NCBI GenBank assembly: GCA_038087875.1
Contig: CM075992.1
Location: 2,668,001 to 2,732,000, forward strand
DNA length: 64,000 bases
Direction of reading: 5' to 3'
Source of the DNA: Malacoraja senta
Taxonomy: Eukaryota
How positions within the stretch are numbered: position 1 is the first letter of the stretch; the number at the start of each line of letters is the position of its first letter. Shown piece by piece: positions 36,191-49,597 of the stretch. A program made the position numbers and the translations under genes. Under the pieces are notes generated by a model. That model was given only the letters and a program-made list of their open reading frames with translations. It had not been told where the DNA came from and ran no database searches.

Positions 36191-39100
36191 ACATACATAG
36201 ATACATAGAAAATAGGCGCAGGAGTAGGCCATTCGGCCCTTCGAGCCTGCACCGCCATTCAATATGATCATGGCTGATCATCCAACTCAGTATCCCGTAC
36301 CTGCCTTCTCTCCATACCCCCTGATCCCTTTAGCCACAAGGGCCACATCTAACTCCCTCTTAAATATAGCCAATGAACTGGCCTCAACTACCCTCTGTGG
36401 CAGAGTTCCAGAGATTCACCACTCTCTGTGTGAAAAAGTTTTTTCTCATCTCGGTCTTAAAGGATTTCCCCCTTATCCTTAAGCTGTGACCCCTTGTCCT
36501 GGACTTCCCCAACATCGGGAACAATCTTCCTGCATCTAGCCTGTCCAACCCCATAAGAATTTTGTACGTTTCTATAAGATCCCCTCTCAATCTCCAAAAT
36601 TCTAGCGAGTATAAGCCAAGTCTATCCAGTCTTTCTTGATATGAAAGTCCTGACATCCCAGGAATCAGTCTGGTGAACCTTCTCTACACTCCCTCTATGG
36701 CTATAATGTCCTTCCTCAGATTTGGAGACCAAAACTGTACGCAATACTCCAGGTGTGGTCTCACCAAGACCCTGTACAACTGCAGTAGAACCTCCCTGCT
36801 CCTATACTCAAATCCTTTTGCTATGAAAGCTAACATACCATTCGCTTTCTTCACTGCCTGCTGCACCTGCATGCCTACTTTCAATGACTGGTATACCATG
36901 ACACCCAGGTCTCGCTGCATCTCCCCTTTTCCTAATCGGCCACCATTTAGATAATAGTCTACTTTCCTGTTTTTGCCACCAAAGTGGATAATCTCACATT
37001 TATCCACATTATACTGCATCTGCCAAACATTTGCCCACTCACCCAGCCTATCCAAGTCACCTTGCCGTCTCCTAGCATCCTCCTCACAGCTAACACTGCC
37101 CCCCAGCTTAGTGTCATCCGCAAACTTGGAGATGTTGCCTTCAATTCCCTCATCCAGTTCATTAATATAAATTGTAAATAGCTGGGGTCCCAGCACTGAG
37201 CCTTGTGGTACCCCACTAGTCACTGCCTGCCATTGTGAAAAGGACCCGTTTACTCCTACTCTTTGCTTCCTGTTTGCCAGCCAGTTCTCTATCCACATCA
37301 ATACTGAACCCCCAATACCGTGTGCTTTAAGTTTGTATACTAATCTCTTATGTGGGACCTTGTCAAAAGACTTCTGAAAGTCCAGATACAACACATCCAC
37401 TGGTTCTTCCCTATCCACTCTACTAGTTACATCCTCGAAAAATTCTATAAGATTCGTCAGACATGATTTACCTTTCGTAAATCCATGCTGACTTTGTCCA
37501 ATGATTTCACCACTTTCCAAATGTGCTGCTATCCCATCTTTAATAACTGACTCTAGCAGTTTCCCCACTACCGATGTCAGACTAACTGGTCTGTAATTCC
37601 CCGTTTTCTCTTTCCTTCCCTTCTTAAAAAGTGGGGTTACGTTTGCTACCCTCCAATCCTCAGGAACTACTCCAGAATCTAAAGAGTTTTGAAAAATTAT
37701 CACTAATGCATCCACTATTTCTGGAGCGACTTCCTTAAGTACTCTGGGATGCAGCCTATCTGGCCCTGGTGATTTATCGGCCTTTAATCCATTCAATTTA
37801 CCCAACACCACTTCCCGACTAACCTGGATTTCACTCAGTTCCTCTATCTCCTTTGACCCGCGGTCCCCTGCTATTTCCGGCAGATTATTAATGTCTTCCT
37901 TAGTGAAGACGGAACCAAAGTAGTTATTCAATTGGTCCGCCATATCCTTGTTCCCCATGATCAATTCGCCTGTTTCTGACTGCAAGGGACCTACATTCGT
38001 TTTAACTAATCTCTTTCTCTTCACATATCTATAAAATCTTTTGCAGTCAGTTTTTATGTTCCCTGCCAGTTTTCTTTCATAATCTATTTTCCCTTTCCTA
38101 ATTAAGCCCTTTGTCCTCCTCTGCTGGTCTCTGAATTTCTCCCAGTCCTCTGGTACGCTGCTTTTTCTGGCTAATTTGTACGCATCATCTTTTGCTTTGA
38201 TACCATCCCTGATTTCCCTTGTTATCCACGGATGCACTACCTTCCCTGATTTATTCTGTTGCCAAACTGGAATGAACAATCTTTGTAGTTCATCCATGCA
38301 GTCTTTAAATGCCTTCCATTGCATATCCACCGTCAACCCTTTTAGAACTAATTGCCAGTCAATCTTGGCCAATTCACGTCTCATACCCTCAAAGTTACCT
38401 TTCTTTAAGTTCAGAACCGTTGTTTCTGAATTAACAATGTCACTCTCCATCCTAATGAAGAACTCAACCTTATTATGGTCACTCTTGCCCAAGGGGGCAC
38501 GCACAACAAGACTGCTAACTAACCCTTCCTCATTACTCAATACCCAGTCTAGAATAGCCTGCTCTCTCGTTGGTTCCTCTACATGTTGGTTTAGATAACT
38601 ATCCCGCATACATTCCAAGAAATCCTCTTCCTCAGCACCCCTGCCAATTTGATTCACCCAATCTATATGTAGATTGAAGTCACCCATTATAACTGTTTTG
38701 CCTTTGTTGCACATATTTCTAATTTCCTGTTTGATGCCATCCCCAACTTCACCACTACTGCTAGGTGGCCTGTACACAACACCCACCAGCGTTTTCTGCC
38801 CCTTAGTGCTTCGCAGCTCCACCCATACCGATTCCACATCCTCCAAGCTAATGTCCTTCCTTTCCACTGCGTTAATCTCCTCTCGAACCAGCAACGCTAC
38901 TCCACCACCTTTTCCTTTCTCGCTATCCCTCCTGAATATTGAATATCCCTGGATGTTCAGCTCCCAGCCTTGGTCACCCTGGAGCCATGTCTCCGTGATC
39001 CCGACTATATCATAATCATTAATAGCTATCTGCGCGTTCAACTCATCGACCTTATTACGAATGCTCCTTGCATTGAGACACAAAGCCTTCAGGCTTGTTT

Positions 39101-39955
39101 TTACAACGCTCTTACCCCTTATACAATCATGTTGAAAAGTGGCCCTTTTTGATTTTTGCCCTGGATTTGTCTGCCTGCCACTTTTACTTTTCACCTTGCT
39201 ACCTATTGCTTCTGCCCGCATTTTACACCCCTCTGTTTCTCTGCTCACCCATTTAAGAAACCCACCACCTCTTATTCTCTGTTTATTATTGTTTTCTTCT
39301 TTCCCCCCTACATGTTGGGTCTGAGTGCTTTCCTTCTCTGCCTCCTGCCTCACACACTGTCTAATAGCTTTCTCTATTTGAGTCCCTCCCCCCAACCATT
39401 CTAGTTTAAAGTCTCCCCAGTAGCCTTTGCAGATCTCCCCGCCAGGATATCGGTCCCCCTCAGGTTCAAGTGCAACCCATCCTTTTTGTACAGGTCGCAC
39501 CTTCCACAAAAGAGGTCTCAATGATCCAGAAATTTGAATCCCTGCCCTCTGCACCAGTCCTTCAGCCACGCATATATCCTCCACCTTGCTCCATTCCTAC
39601 TCTCACTGTCGCGTGGCACAGGCAGTAATCCCGAGATTGTTACCTTTGCTGTCCTACTCTTTAACTCCCCTCCTAACTCCCTAAATTCTCCTTTCAGGAC
39701 CTCTTCTCTTTTTTTACCTATGTCATTGGTACCTATATGTACCACGACCTCGGGCTCCTCTCCCTCCCCTTTCAGGATATCTTGGACACGTTGAGACACA
39801 TCACAGACCCTGGCACCAGGGAGGCAAACTACCATCCGGGTCTCCCGACTGTGTCCACAGAATCGCCTGTCTGACCCCCTAACTATAGAGTCCCCTATTA
39901 GTATCGCCCTCCTCTTCTTTTCATTACCCTTCTGAGCAACAGGACCGGTCTCTGT
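36191..39955 (-). mobile_element. Near-complete CR1-clade LINE: partial ORF1 (SGNH esterase) and ORF2 (APE endonuclease + RT), disabled by stops
   Basis: ORF1 IGDSIVR..CLPGA..HIGTND..DGLHLN; ORF2 CLNARS, GITETWL, MGDFN, SDH, GVPQGSVLGP, KFADDTK; premature stops at 39518-39520 and 36684-36686; octamer-repeat tail at ~36191-36210. Confidence 0.95.
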
Positions 39956-40649
39956 ACACTCATTAAACCTTTAATTAAACCACCCACAATGAACTGTGTC
40001 TGTTTAATCCTGCAAATACCCATGAGCTTCAGCAAACCATTTGCCATCGATGCAAGGAGATCTTAGAATGATCCAGTGCAAGGGAAAGATGAAGGATATG
40101 CTCTGTTTGTATATCATTTTTACACAGAGAGTGGTGAATCTGTGGAATTCTCTGCTACAGAAGGTGGTTGAGGCAGTTCATTGGCTATATTTAAGAGGGA
40201 GTTAGATATGGCCCTTGTGGCTAAAGGGATCAGGGGGTATGGAGAGAAGGCAGGGATGGGATACTGAGTTGGATGATCAGCCATGATCATATCAAATGGC
40301 GGTGCAGGTTCGAAGGGCCGAATGGCTTACTCCTGCACCTATTTTCTATGTATCTATGTTTCTATTTACATGTGTGCTTTTGTTTTAAGTACTACTCTGT
40401 ATTATTTTGCTTTGTGTGTTGCATGAAGACCAGTGATCATGTACATTAAAGTAGAAGCAAGGAACTGCACGTGATGGTTTACAAACAAAGGACAAATTCT
40501 TCAGTGTAAATCAGCATCGGCAGTTCTTTCCTCCACCTATCACTTGCTTGGTTTGCCGAACCCCACCTTCTCGCCCTTACTCCATCATTCTGAAGACGGG
40601 TTGGAGGCAGGAACTGCAGATGCTGGTTTACACAAAATGCTTGAGTAAT

Positions 40650-40800
40650 GTCTGAAACTAACTCTCCATCCCACTCACATACAGATATCAGTCTGTCGCC
40701 TCCTGCACTGTTACAACAGCCCAGAGAAAGCATAAGGAACAGCATCTCACCTTCCACCTGGCCACATTGCACCTTCCATAGTGAACTTGGTATTGAATTG
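40650..40800 (+). mobile_element. Degenerate Penelope GIY-YIG C-terminal remnant
   Basis: Decayed LLHC..EQHLTFHLATL..IE resembling a Penelope ORF end; adjacent to Penelope terminal-repeat pieces. Confidence 0.5.
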
Positions 40801-40801
40801 T

Positions 40802-41141
40802 TAAGGGCTTGGACACGCTAGAGGCAGGAAACATGTTCCCGATGTTGGGGGAGTGCAGAACCAGGGGCCACAGTTTACGAATAAGGAGTAAGCCATTTAG
40901 AACGGAGACGAGGAAACACTTTTTCTCACAGAGAGTGGTGAGTCTGTGGAATTCTCTGCCTCAGAGGGCGGTGGAGGCAGGTTCTCTGGATGCTTTCAAG
41001 AGAGCTAGATAGGGCTCTTAAAAATAGCAGAGTCAGGGGATTTGGGGAGAAGTCAGGAACGGGGTACTGATTGGGGATGATCAGCCATGATCACGTTGAA
41101 TGGCTCGAAGGGCCAAATGGCCTACTCCTGCACCTATTGTC
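40802..41141 (+). mobile_element. CR1 3' fragment with TSD
   Basis: GLDTLEAGNMFP..RTRGHSL; TATTGAATTGT at 40791-40801 and 41142-41152. Confidence 0.85.
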
Positions 41142-44100
41142 TATTGAATTGTAGGGCTTCCTGTACTTTCCATTCTCCAAATTAATCAGAACTGACCGTT
41201 TCTGTAATAAAGAACTCCTATAAATCATGGGATATTCAGGTTTTTCTCTTTGTATGCTCACAGGCTGACCTGCTAGGCACTTTTAAGACTCCATTAATTG
41301 CATTATTTCTCCCTAATGGCAACCATTAACCCACTGACCAGCATTTATCTCCACAACATCACTGGCCTCAGCTTATCGCAGATCTTCCCTCTCTTGTAGC
41401 TTCACTGCACCTAACTCTGCAAGTAACATTCTCGCCACAGAATGATGACATCCAACAAGAGAAAATCCAGCTATCACCCCTGAGATTCAGAGGCAGTAAC
41501 CTCACTGACTCCCCCACCATCAATACCCTAGTGGTTACCATTGACCAGAAACCATAATGGAGTAGCCATTAGCACAATGAAGCGACGCGAGCAGGTCAGA
41601 TGTGACTTTCTAAGAGTAACTCACCTCCTAACTCACCAAAGCCCATCTATCGTCGACAAGGCTCAAGTCTGCTTGATAGCATACCAACCACTTGCCTGGA
41701 TGAGTGCAGCTTCAACAACATTCAAGAAATTCAACACCATACAGGATGTGGCAGCCCACTTGATAAGTACCCAACCACTCACACACACCACCACCGACAC
41801 ACAGCAGCAGCAGATTGTACCGTTTACAAGACGCACAGCAGCAAATTACCAAGACATTTGAGAAAGCACCTTTCAGAGCCATTACTACGGCCAGCTAGAA
41901 GGACAACGGCAGCAAAGGCATTTGAATACCACCATCTGGAAGTTGCCCTCTGAGCCACACAGGCCAACCTGAAGTACATCACCATCCCTTCACCATTGTT
42001 CAAGAAGGAACTGCAGATGCTGGAAAATTGAAGGTAGACAAAAGTGCTGGAGAATCTCAGCGGGTGCGGCAGCATTTATGGAGCGAAGGAAATAGGCAAC
42101 GTTTCGGCCCGAAACTTTGCCTATTTCCTTCGCTTCATAGATGCTGCCGCACCCGCTGTGTCCCTCCAGCATTTTTATCACCCCTTCACCTTTGTTGCCT
42201 CAAGGTCATGATTTTCTTCCTTTCTTAAATTACCCAGTCACATTGCTGACTATTCTATTATGTTATGTGTCTACAAGAGAATCGGTTGATAGACTCGACA
42301 CAATATCCACATTTTAAAAGCGTAAAATACATGCTTTACATCACAAACCAGGAGAAAACGACACACCATGTAACTACTGTTCAGTCAGCCTGCTGCGAAT
42401 AGTGGAAAGATTCCAAGAAAATCTTCTACAGACAGCATAAACCAGCATGCAGAGATCCACAGGTTAATTAAGTGCCGTAGCAATAAGGCAGCATAGTTGG
42501 TAAATCATAAAATGTAGAACAGTACAGCAAAAGAACAGGCCCTTCAGCTGAACATGATGCTAAAACCGAATGTGTAGGAAGGAACTGTAGCTGCTGGTTT
42601 AAACCGATGAGGAATAGGCAACGTTTTGGATCAAGACCCTTCTTCAGAGTCTGAAGAAGGGTTTCGACTCGAAACATCACCTATTCCTTTTCTCCAGAGA
42701 TGTTGTCTGACCCGCTGAGTTGCTCCAGCTTTGTGTCTATGATGCGAAGGCCATCTGTTATCTATCTGCACATAATCCTATCTCTCTATTCCCTACATAT
42801 CCATATGCCTATCCAAAAACCTCTTTAAAATGCCACTATAGTTTCTACCTCAAGCACCAAACCTGGAAGTACGCTCCAGGTACACACTACCCTCTGTGCA
42901 AAAAAAGGTTGCCCTGCACATGCCCTTTAAACTTTGCCCATCTCACCCGAAAGCTATGCCTTCTATTATTTGATTTTTCCATCCTGGGAAAAAGGCTCTG
43001 ACGGTCTACCCTATCTATTCCTCTCATCATTTTATACACTTCTATCAGGTCTCCCCGCAACCTCCATTTGATGCAGCGGTTCTCAATATTTGTAATTGGA
43101 AAGTCCTGTGTGGCAGATTGATGCAGAATGCAGAAGCTCAAGGAAGATTAGTTCAGTAGGAGAAATGAACAGATAATGGTCGATGAGATGTTGGTTACTG
43201 AAGGGTTGTCTACCGTGAGTTTCCTCAAGACAGGACCCCTTCCATTTTGTGATGTATTTATGATTTAAGTGGCGCTGCAAGATACAAGAGTTGAGAACGG
43301 GTCATTTGAAGTATCCAGTGACAACAGAAAATGAAGCACTCAAGAGACAACCATCTCAATTTCTCAGCTGCATGCTCTGGGTTTTCCAGCTTATTTGTCA
43401 ATTTGCTAAATGGGGGTATGGCTACAAAGGAAAGTCAAGGGAATGGGACTGATAGGATTGCTCTGCAAATGCTGCCCATCCTCTGAGCCAACATAAATAA
43501 GTACGTTTGTAATGGGGAACTTACTGAAGGAAGTTAGATAGTTCTTTATCTTTCTTCTACAACACTCACAATGTAAACAGCAATATTGCACAACTGTTAC
43601 ATAACTTCTGACCACACAGAGATTTTCAAACACTCTTATAAAGTCAAATTAGGAACACAAAACACCACTGCAAGTTTTAGATTGGGGTTGGGTCCAATTG
43701 GATCATATTTCAGTATCTCATTTCCAAATCAACTTAATCTTTTTATTATTTAATGGCAGTCAGAGTAATCTGAAAAATGTCTTTTCATATTTAACTGCAA
43801 CTATCTGGCACGTTCTGTTAATGTGGGTCAATAATGTGTTGACAGGAGCAGCAAAAAAATTGCAACTCAAGAATAACAACACATGATGAACAATCAAGAT
43901 ACAAATTGCTGGAGGAACTGAACTGGTTAGACAGCATCTGTGGAGGGAAAGCACAGGTGACGTTTCTGGTCAGGACCCGTCTTCAGGCTGGTGGAATAGG
44001 GGGGAGAAAGCTGGAAAAGTGCCTGCATACTCCATCAGTCTGAAGAAGGGTCTCTATCTATCCACTCCCTCCAAGAGGGATCCAAGGGTTCATCATTTAT

Positions 44101-45304
44101 CCACTCCCTCCAAGATGCTGCCTGACCCGCAGAATTCCTCCAGGACTGTGCATTTTGATCAAGATTCCCGCTCCTGCAGTTTCTTGTGTCTGCACACGAC
44201 TAGCAATGATGCATTTTCCCAGATCCATGTTGATGCAGTGCATTCATATAATTGTCACGTTACTAAAAAACGCTTGAAATAACTTCCTTCTCTCAAATAC
44301 AAGTGTTCTCCGGCAGTGACCAAATGGTACTTATACACTCGCACAAGCTGAAAATCTCTTGGCTCCAATTTGTGCTCCTTTCATATTTGTCCCAGCAAAG
44401 TCAATGGCCGATGCCAAGACTTGAACTACTAAACTGTTAGAGAAGGAAGGTAAATAGAACAAGGAACCCAGCCACTTACTACCACCCTGTTTCTACTGCA
44501 ACATCTCCTCTCAACCTTATTACAATTTATCAGTATCAAGGTTTTTTCTGTTGCAAGATTTGGATCAGGTACAATGTCCCAAGATAAAATAATCATGCAT
44601 AAAATGACTACATATACACGACCATTGATTCTTTCTTTAACATCAAACTGGGAAATAGGAAATCCATTTGAAAAAAAAAAATCACCATGCAACCTTTTCT
44701 TGGATGCTAAATGTAGGGTTGCAGCTGAATTGAAGGAGCCGTCTCCAAGTCACAGGCATTCATCACTTTCTCAATTCAAACAGGGCCCCCAAAGTATACA
44801 AGTACTTTGTCATTTTTGTTCTTTCAAGTTTCCATCTTCCCTATTCTTCCACAACTCCCCCAAGGGATTTGATAACTTGCTTGGATTCAGTTTTACACAT
44901 TGATTATCTTCCCCTATTCCTAAGAGTGTTGCCGGAGCGCTCCATGGGAGACATGAACCTCACTTATTACACTGCTGACAAAGGGCAATCCCCTCTCCAA
45001 AAATACTACAACCAACTCCCTATGTTATTGCAGAGCAACAAACTTCAAGTGCTTCAAGGAAATAAACAAAATTTTGATATAACGTCACAAAGTCAATGGA
45101 AACAACAAAAAGGTCAAGTGACCAAACGCTTCCTGTTGTAAAACCTCAAGCTTTTATCTTCAACTCTGGTTGAAACATTAAGCACATTGACAAATATGCA
45201 CTGGCATAACTTGCTCAAATAGCCACTGATTTGGTCAGGATCAACTAATTGGGTGGCTGGTTTGGAAGGAAGAATACACATCAAGCCAACAACATAAATA
45301 TATA

Positions 45305-45545
45305 GTAGACACAAAAAGCTGGAGTAACTCAGCAGGTCAGACAGCATCTCTGGAGAAAAGGAATAGGTGACGTTTCGGGTCGAAACCCTTCTTCAGACTG
45401 AAGAATCTGAAGAGTCTGAAGAAGGGACTCGACCCAAAACGTCACCTATTCCTTTTCTCCAGAGATACTGTCTGACCGCTGAGTTACTCCAGCTCTTTGT
45501 GTCCATGTTCGGTTTAAACCAGCATCTGCAGTTCCTTCCTAAACA
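45305..45545. mobile_element. Penelope-derived inverted terminal-repeat pair
   Basis: ~95-bp inverted arms with hammerhead-like cores in the centre; similar pairs at ~42570-42740, 47115-47300, 51778-52020, 57135-57345, 61215-61430. Confidence 0.75.
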
Positions 45546-46360
45546 TAAGTATAATGGTGGACTTTCTCAGCTCAATGAGGCTGGGGAAAGTCATGGTGGC
45601 GAGGAACATGTTATGATAAACTATTAATAAACATGGTGCTATAGCAAATAGTGGCACCAACACACCTCAGTGTGGTCTGGAGGAACGCTGGACACCTCCA
45701 CACCACCACCACTCCAACATTAGAACTTTCCATAAAATTGCATTGGAAAACTCTGCTTCCCTCCATCTCTGTTGTAGTCGCATTTTTGTTTTGAGTTTGC
45801 AAACTAAGACTGGTTAGTCATGCAGATGAATGCAAAATATTACATTTCGGAGAAGGCCAGTTACCCCCAGTGACGTGGCCAATATCCATATAACCCTCGA
45901 CTATATTGAAACACGTGATCTGGTCAATATCATGCCACTGCTGCTTGGAGCTCGAGGACAAATTGGCTGCTTGCATCCCTTAAAATACCATCGTAGCTGC
46001 ACTAACACGAGGGGTGCAAACGCTTTGGAATGTCCTGAAAGTAACACGGAAGCGAGTATTTTATTCAACAGCTAATGACGACGTGCACTTCCTCAGCAAC
46101 CTCTGTGGTTCAAATAAAAGATCATTTAATACAATTCAAAGACTGGGGAGGGGAAAGTTTAAGGCCTACTACGTTCGATTTAACTGAAGGCTGAATCATT
46201 GTGGTGATCTGGCACACCTACACACAACGTTAATACACTCTCAGAAGGCCAAGACTTTCTAAAGTGGAAAGTCAGAACACAACAAGCTACAGGACAGAGC
46301 GATTGAATCAAGCGCAAGGAATCAACACCAAAGTGTTAACGGCATTAAGATCAAGATCAG

Positions 46361-46583
46361 ACAACAATGCTGGAGAAACTCAGCGGGTGAGGCAGCATCT
46401 TTGGAGCGAAGGAAATAGGCGACGTTTCGGGTCAAGACCCTTCTTCAGACTGACCGCTGAAGAGGGCTCCACCCAAAACGTCATCTAATCCTTCGCTCCA
46501 TAGATGCTGCCTCACCCGCTGAGTTTCTCCAGCATGTTTGTCTACCTTCGATTTTCCAGCACCTGCAGTTCCTTCTTAAACAA
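46361..46583 (+). mobile_element. Penelope-derived fold-back element with TSD
   Basis: ~90-bp inverted arms plus a tail; AAGATCAAGATCAG at 46347-46360 and 46584-46597. Confidence 0.8.
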
Positions 46584-46804
46584 AAGATCAAGATCAGGAT
46601 ATCTCCTATCCCCTATGAAAACCCATTACAGTTATACGTAGTTTCGATGTTTGTTTTCAATTTCTTTCCAGGGTTTATAGGCAAACAATTTAGTGTATAA
46701 TGAGACCAAATTGGGGGCCAAGAAAGGTTGTGTGCACACAGACACCGAGCTTAGATTCCTGCCTTTTTATCATTTCAGCTGAAAGGAACTTCCCAGATCA
46801 AGCA

Positions 46805-47064
46805 AGTTGAAGAAGGAACTGCAGATGCTGGAAAATCGAAGGTAAAGACAAAAATGCTGGAGAAACTCAGCGGGTGACGCAGCATCTATGGAGCGAAGGA
46901 AATAGGCAACATTTCGGGTCGAAACCCTTCTTCAGACTGATGTGAGGGGGGGGGGGGGAGAAGAAAGGAAGAGGCGGAGACAGTGGGCTGTGGGAGAGCT
47001 GGGAAGGGGAGGAGAAAGCAGGGACTACCTGAAATTGGAGAAGTCAATGTTCATACCGCTTGGG
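46805..47064 (-). mobile_element. Penelope-like element 3' end (ORF terminus, pyrimidine tract, hammerhead-like repeat)
   Basis: Minus strand reads SGMNIDFSNFR*, then a C/T-rich tract, then CTGAAGAAGGGTTTCGACCCGAAA; 14-bp TSD TCCCAGATCAAGCA at 46791-46804 and 47065-47078. Confidence 0.8.
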
Positions 47065-49009
47065 TCCCAGATCAAGCATAGTGACCATGTTGAAACAAGG
47101 AACTGCAGACAAAATGTGTAGGAAGGAACTACAGATGCTGGTTTACACCAACGATAAACACAAAATGCTGGAGTAACTCAGCAGAACAGGCAATTTCTCT
47201 GGGACGGATGATTTTTCGCGTTGAGACCTTTCTTCAGACTGAAGAAGGGTCTTGACCTGAAACATCACCCATTTCTTCCATCCAGAGATTCTGCCTAAGG
47301 AACTGCTGATGTTGTTTTACACAAAAGGCCACAAAAATGCTGGAGTAACTCAGTGGGTCAGGTAGCATCTCTGGAGAACATGGATAGGCGACATTTCAGG
47401 TCGGGACCCTTCAGAGTCTTGACCCCAAAAGTCACTTAGTCAAGTTCTCCAGAGATGTTCATTAAGGGAGACCCCTTTCACCCCAGCAACGGACTGTTCC
47501 AGCTGCTACGGTCAGGCAAACGCCTCCGCTGTCATGCTGTGAAAACAGAGAGGATGGGACGTAGTTTCTTCCCAGAGGCCATTAGGACTGTAAACTCTTA
47601 TCTCACCAGGGACTAACGTACTGTACCAATTTACTGTTGTGCTGTGTCTTTTTTAAATTGCTGTTTTTTTCTCACCAATATGTAATTACTGATTCTGTTC
47701 TATTCTGTTTTGTAGTTTTTTTGCACAATCTGCAGGCATTGCCACTTTTCATTTCACTGCACATCTCGTATGCGTATGTGACAAATAAACTTGACCTGAC
47801 TTGACTTGACTTAAGCATGGTGACTGGTCAAGCAAATCACAGGCCCAGATACAAGATCTGGAGATACAAGACAAGACTGTACCATTGATTTAAAGTTTAT
47901 ATTTATTATATAAAACTTAATCTCACGGCTGGTCACAAATCTCCCAATTCCTCCAAAGTCTTTCAATGATTTACAAAGTCAGCAGTGCGATGGAAAATTG
48001 CACACTTGACAGTAAGAGTGCAACTTCAAGAACAAAGCAGCATTTTTGACACCCAATCCAGCACCCGAAACATCACTCCCCTCTTCAAGCACAACTGGTT
48101 ATTGTGTGCACCAGCCACAAAAATGCACTGCCGTCACTTGCCAGGTATCACTGCGATGATTAAAGTAATATAAGTTAATAGGATCAGCACCCTCTCTCCA
48201 AGTCACATACCGTCCTGCCTTGACTGCCACGTTATCTAAATCCTGGATCTCCCAAACCAACAGTGTCGTAGGAGTAACATCATCATACAACCCACAGCAG
48301 TTCAAAACCAACTCGCCTCCATATTAGTCATGGGGAAGGGGGGGGGGGGGGGGGTGAGTGGGATGTGGAGACGCAGGACAAGAGAGCTGGCCTTTTTAGT
48401 CTCGCCCTGTAATGTAATTTTCAAATAATCAATGAAACTCTAAGGTTACAGAAAACCCCATTGGCTTTACTTACATTTTTTTAAGAAATGGAAAGCTGCC
48501 ACATTTGCCATGTCTTTAACTTGTAGGACTGGATGCACAACAATGTGGCATGCTGACCTAAAGCACCTGCGTAAGTTATTCTGTTTAAAAATAACTGGGG
48601 ATGGGTTATAAATCGTTGACAGCAACATCCAAATCTGGACAGGAATAGGTTAGCGCGTCTGTGCTTTGCAAGTAATTGTTATTACTTGGATTCTATCGAT
48701 CTGTGGAAAAGATGACTCGTTGGGCAGACTGCTCTACAAAATATCAGTATAGAGCAAACAGTCCAAGCTGGCTCCTATATGGTAAAACACTGCTGGGCAT
48801 TGACATTCCAAAGCACACAAGTTTAAACCAAGATCTCCAAGCTTAACAGATCTCACGTTGAACCCATGAACATGGAAGCGACATTCTCTCTTGACACCAA
48901 CTCATTAACATTTATTGCAGTACATTAAGAATAAGGGGTCAGCCATTTAGGACTGTGGTGAGGAAAATGTTTTTCAGCCAGAGAGTTGTGAATCTGTGGC
49001 ATTCTCTGC

Positions 49010-49597
49010 AACAGAGGATGTACTTCCTGCGGCAGCTGAGGAAGCACAATCTGCCACAGGCAATGATGGCCCAATTCCACACGGCCATCGTAGAGTCTGT
49101 CCTCACCTTCTCCATCATGGTCTGGTTTGGCTCTGCCACCAAGCACGACATCCAGAGGCTGCAGCGAATCGTCCGATCAGTTGAGAAGGTTATTGGCTAA
49201 AACCTTCCCTCCATTGACAAACTGTACACTGCAAGGGCCAGGAAGCGAGCTGGTAAGATCATCTCTGACCCTTCTCACCCTGGCCACAAACTCTTTGAAT
49301 CACTTCCCTCTGGAAGGCGACTCCGGACTGTCAAAGCTGCCACAGCCAGACATAAAAACTGCTTTTTTCCACGAGTAGTAGCTCTACTCAATAACCAAAA
49401 ATCTGTAGCCTCCTTTTGCTCTGGTATTTTATTTAATTCACATGTTTAATCGATAATTTTTTATTATTAATGTTTAATGTTTTACGTGTCGTTCCTAACT
49501 GTCACTGTACGTCATGTTGCCACTTGCGGGCAGAGCACCAAGGCAAATTCCTTGTATGTGAATACTTGGCCAATAAACTTATTCATTCATTCATTCA
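49010..49597 (+). mobile_element. Rex1/Babar 3' fragment nested in a CR1 3' fragment (~48925-49800)
   Basis: QQRMYFLRQLRK..IVESVLTFSIMVWFG..LPSGRRLR; (ATTC)n tail; CR1 sequence resumes (AGAAGGCAGTGGAGG) on the far side. Confidence 0.85.

Noticed and set aside
43525..43556. Possible 32-nt minus-strand microexon (KKDKELSNFL, GTAAGT donor)
   Set aside because: Weak polypyrimidine tract and no partner exons found
45305..47460. CRISPR-like array or DNA-transposon MITE interpretation of the palindromic repeats
   Set aside because: Eukaryotic context, no regular spacers, asymmetric ends with variable 12-14 bp TSDs, and linkage to a Penelope ORF end
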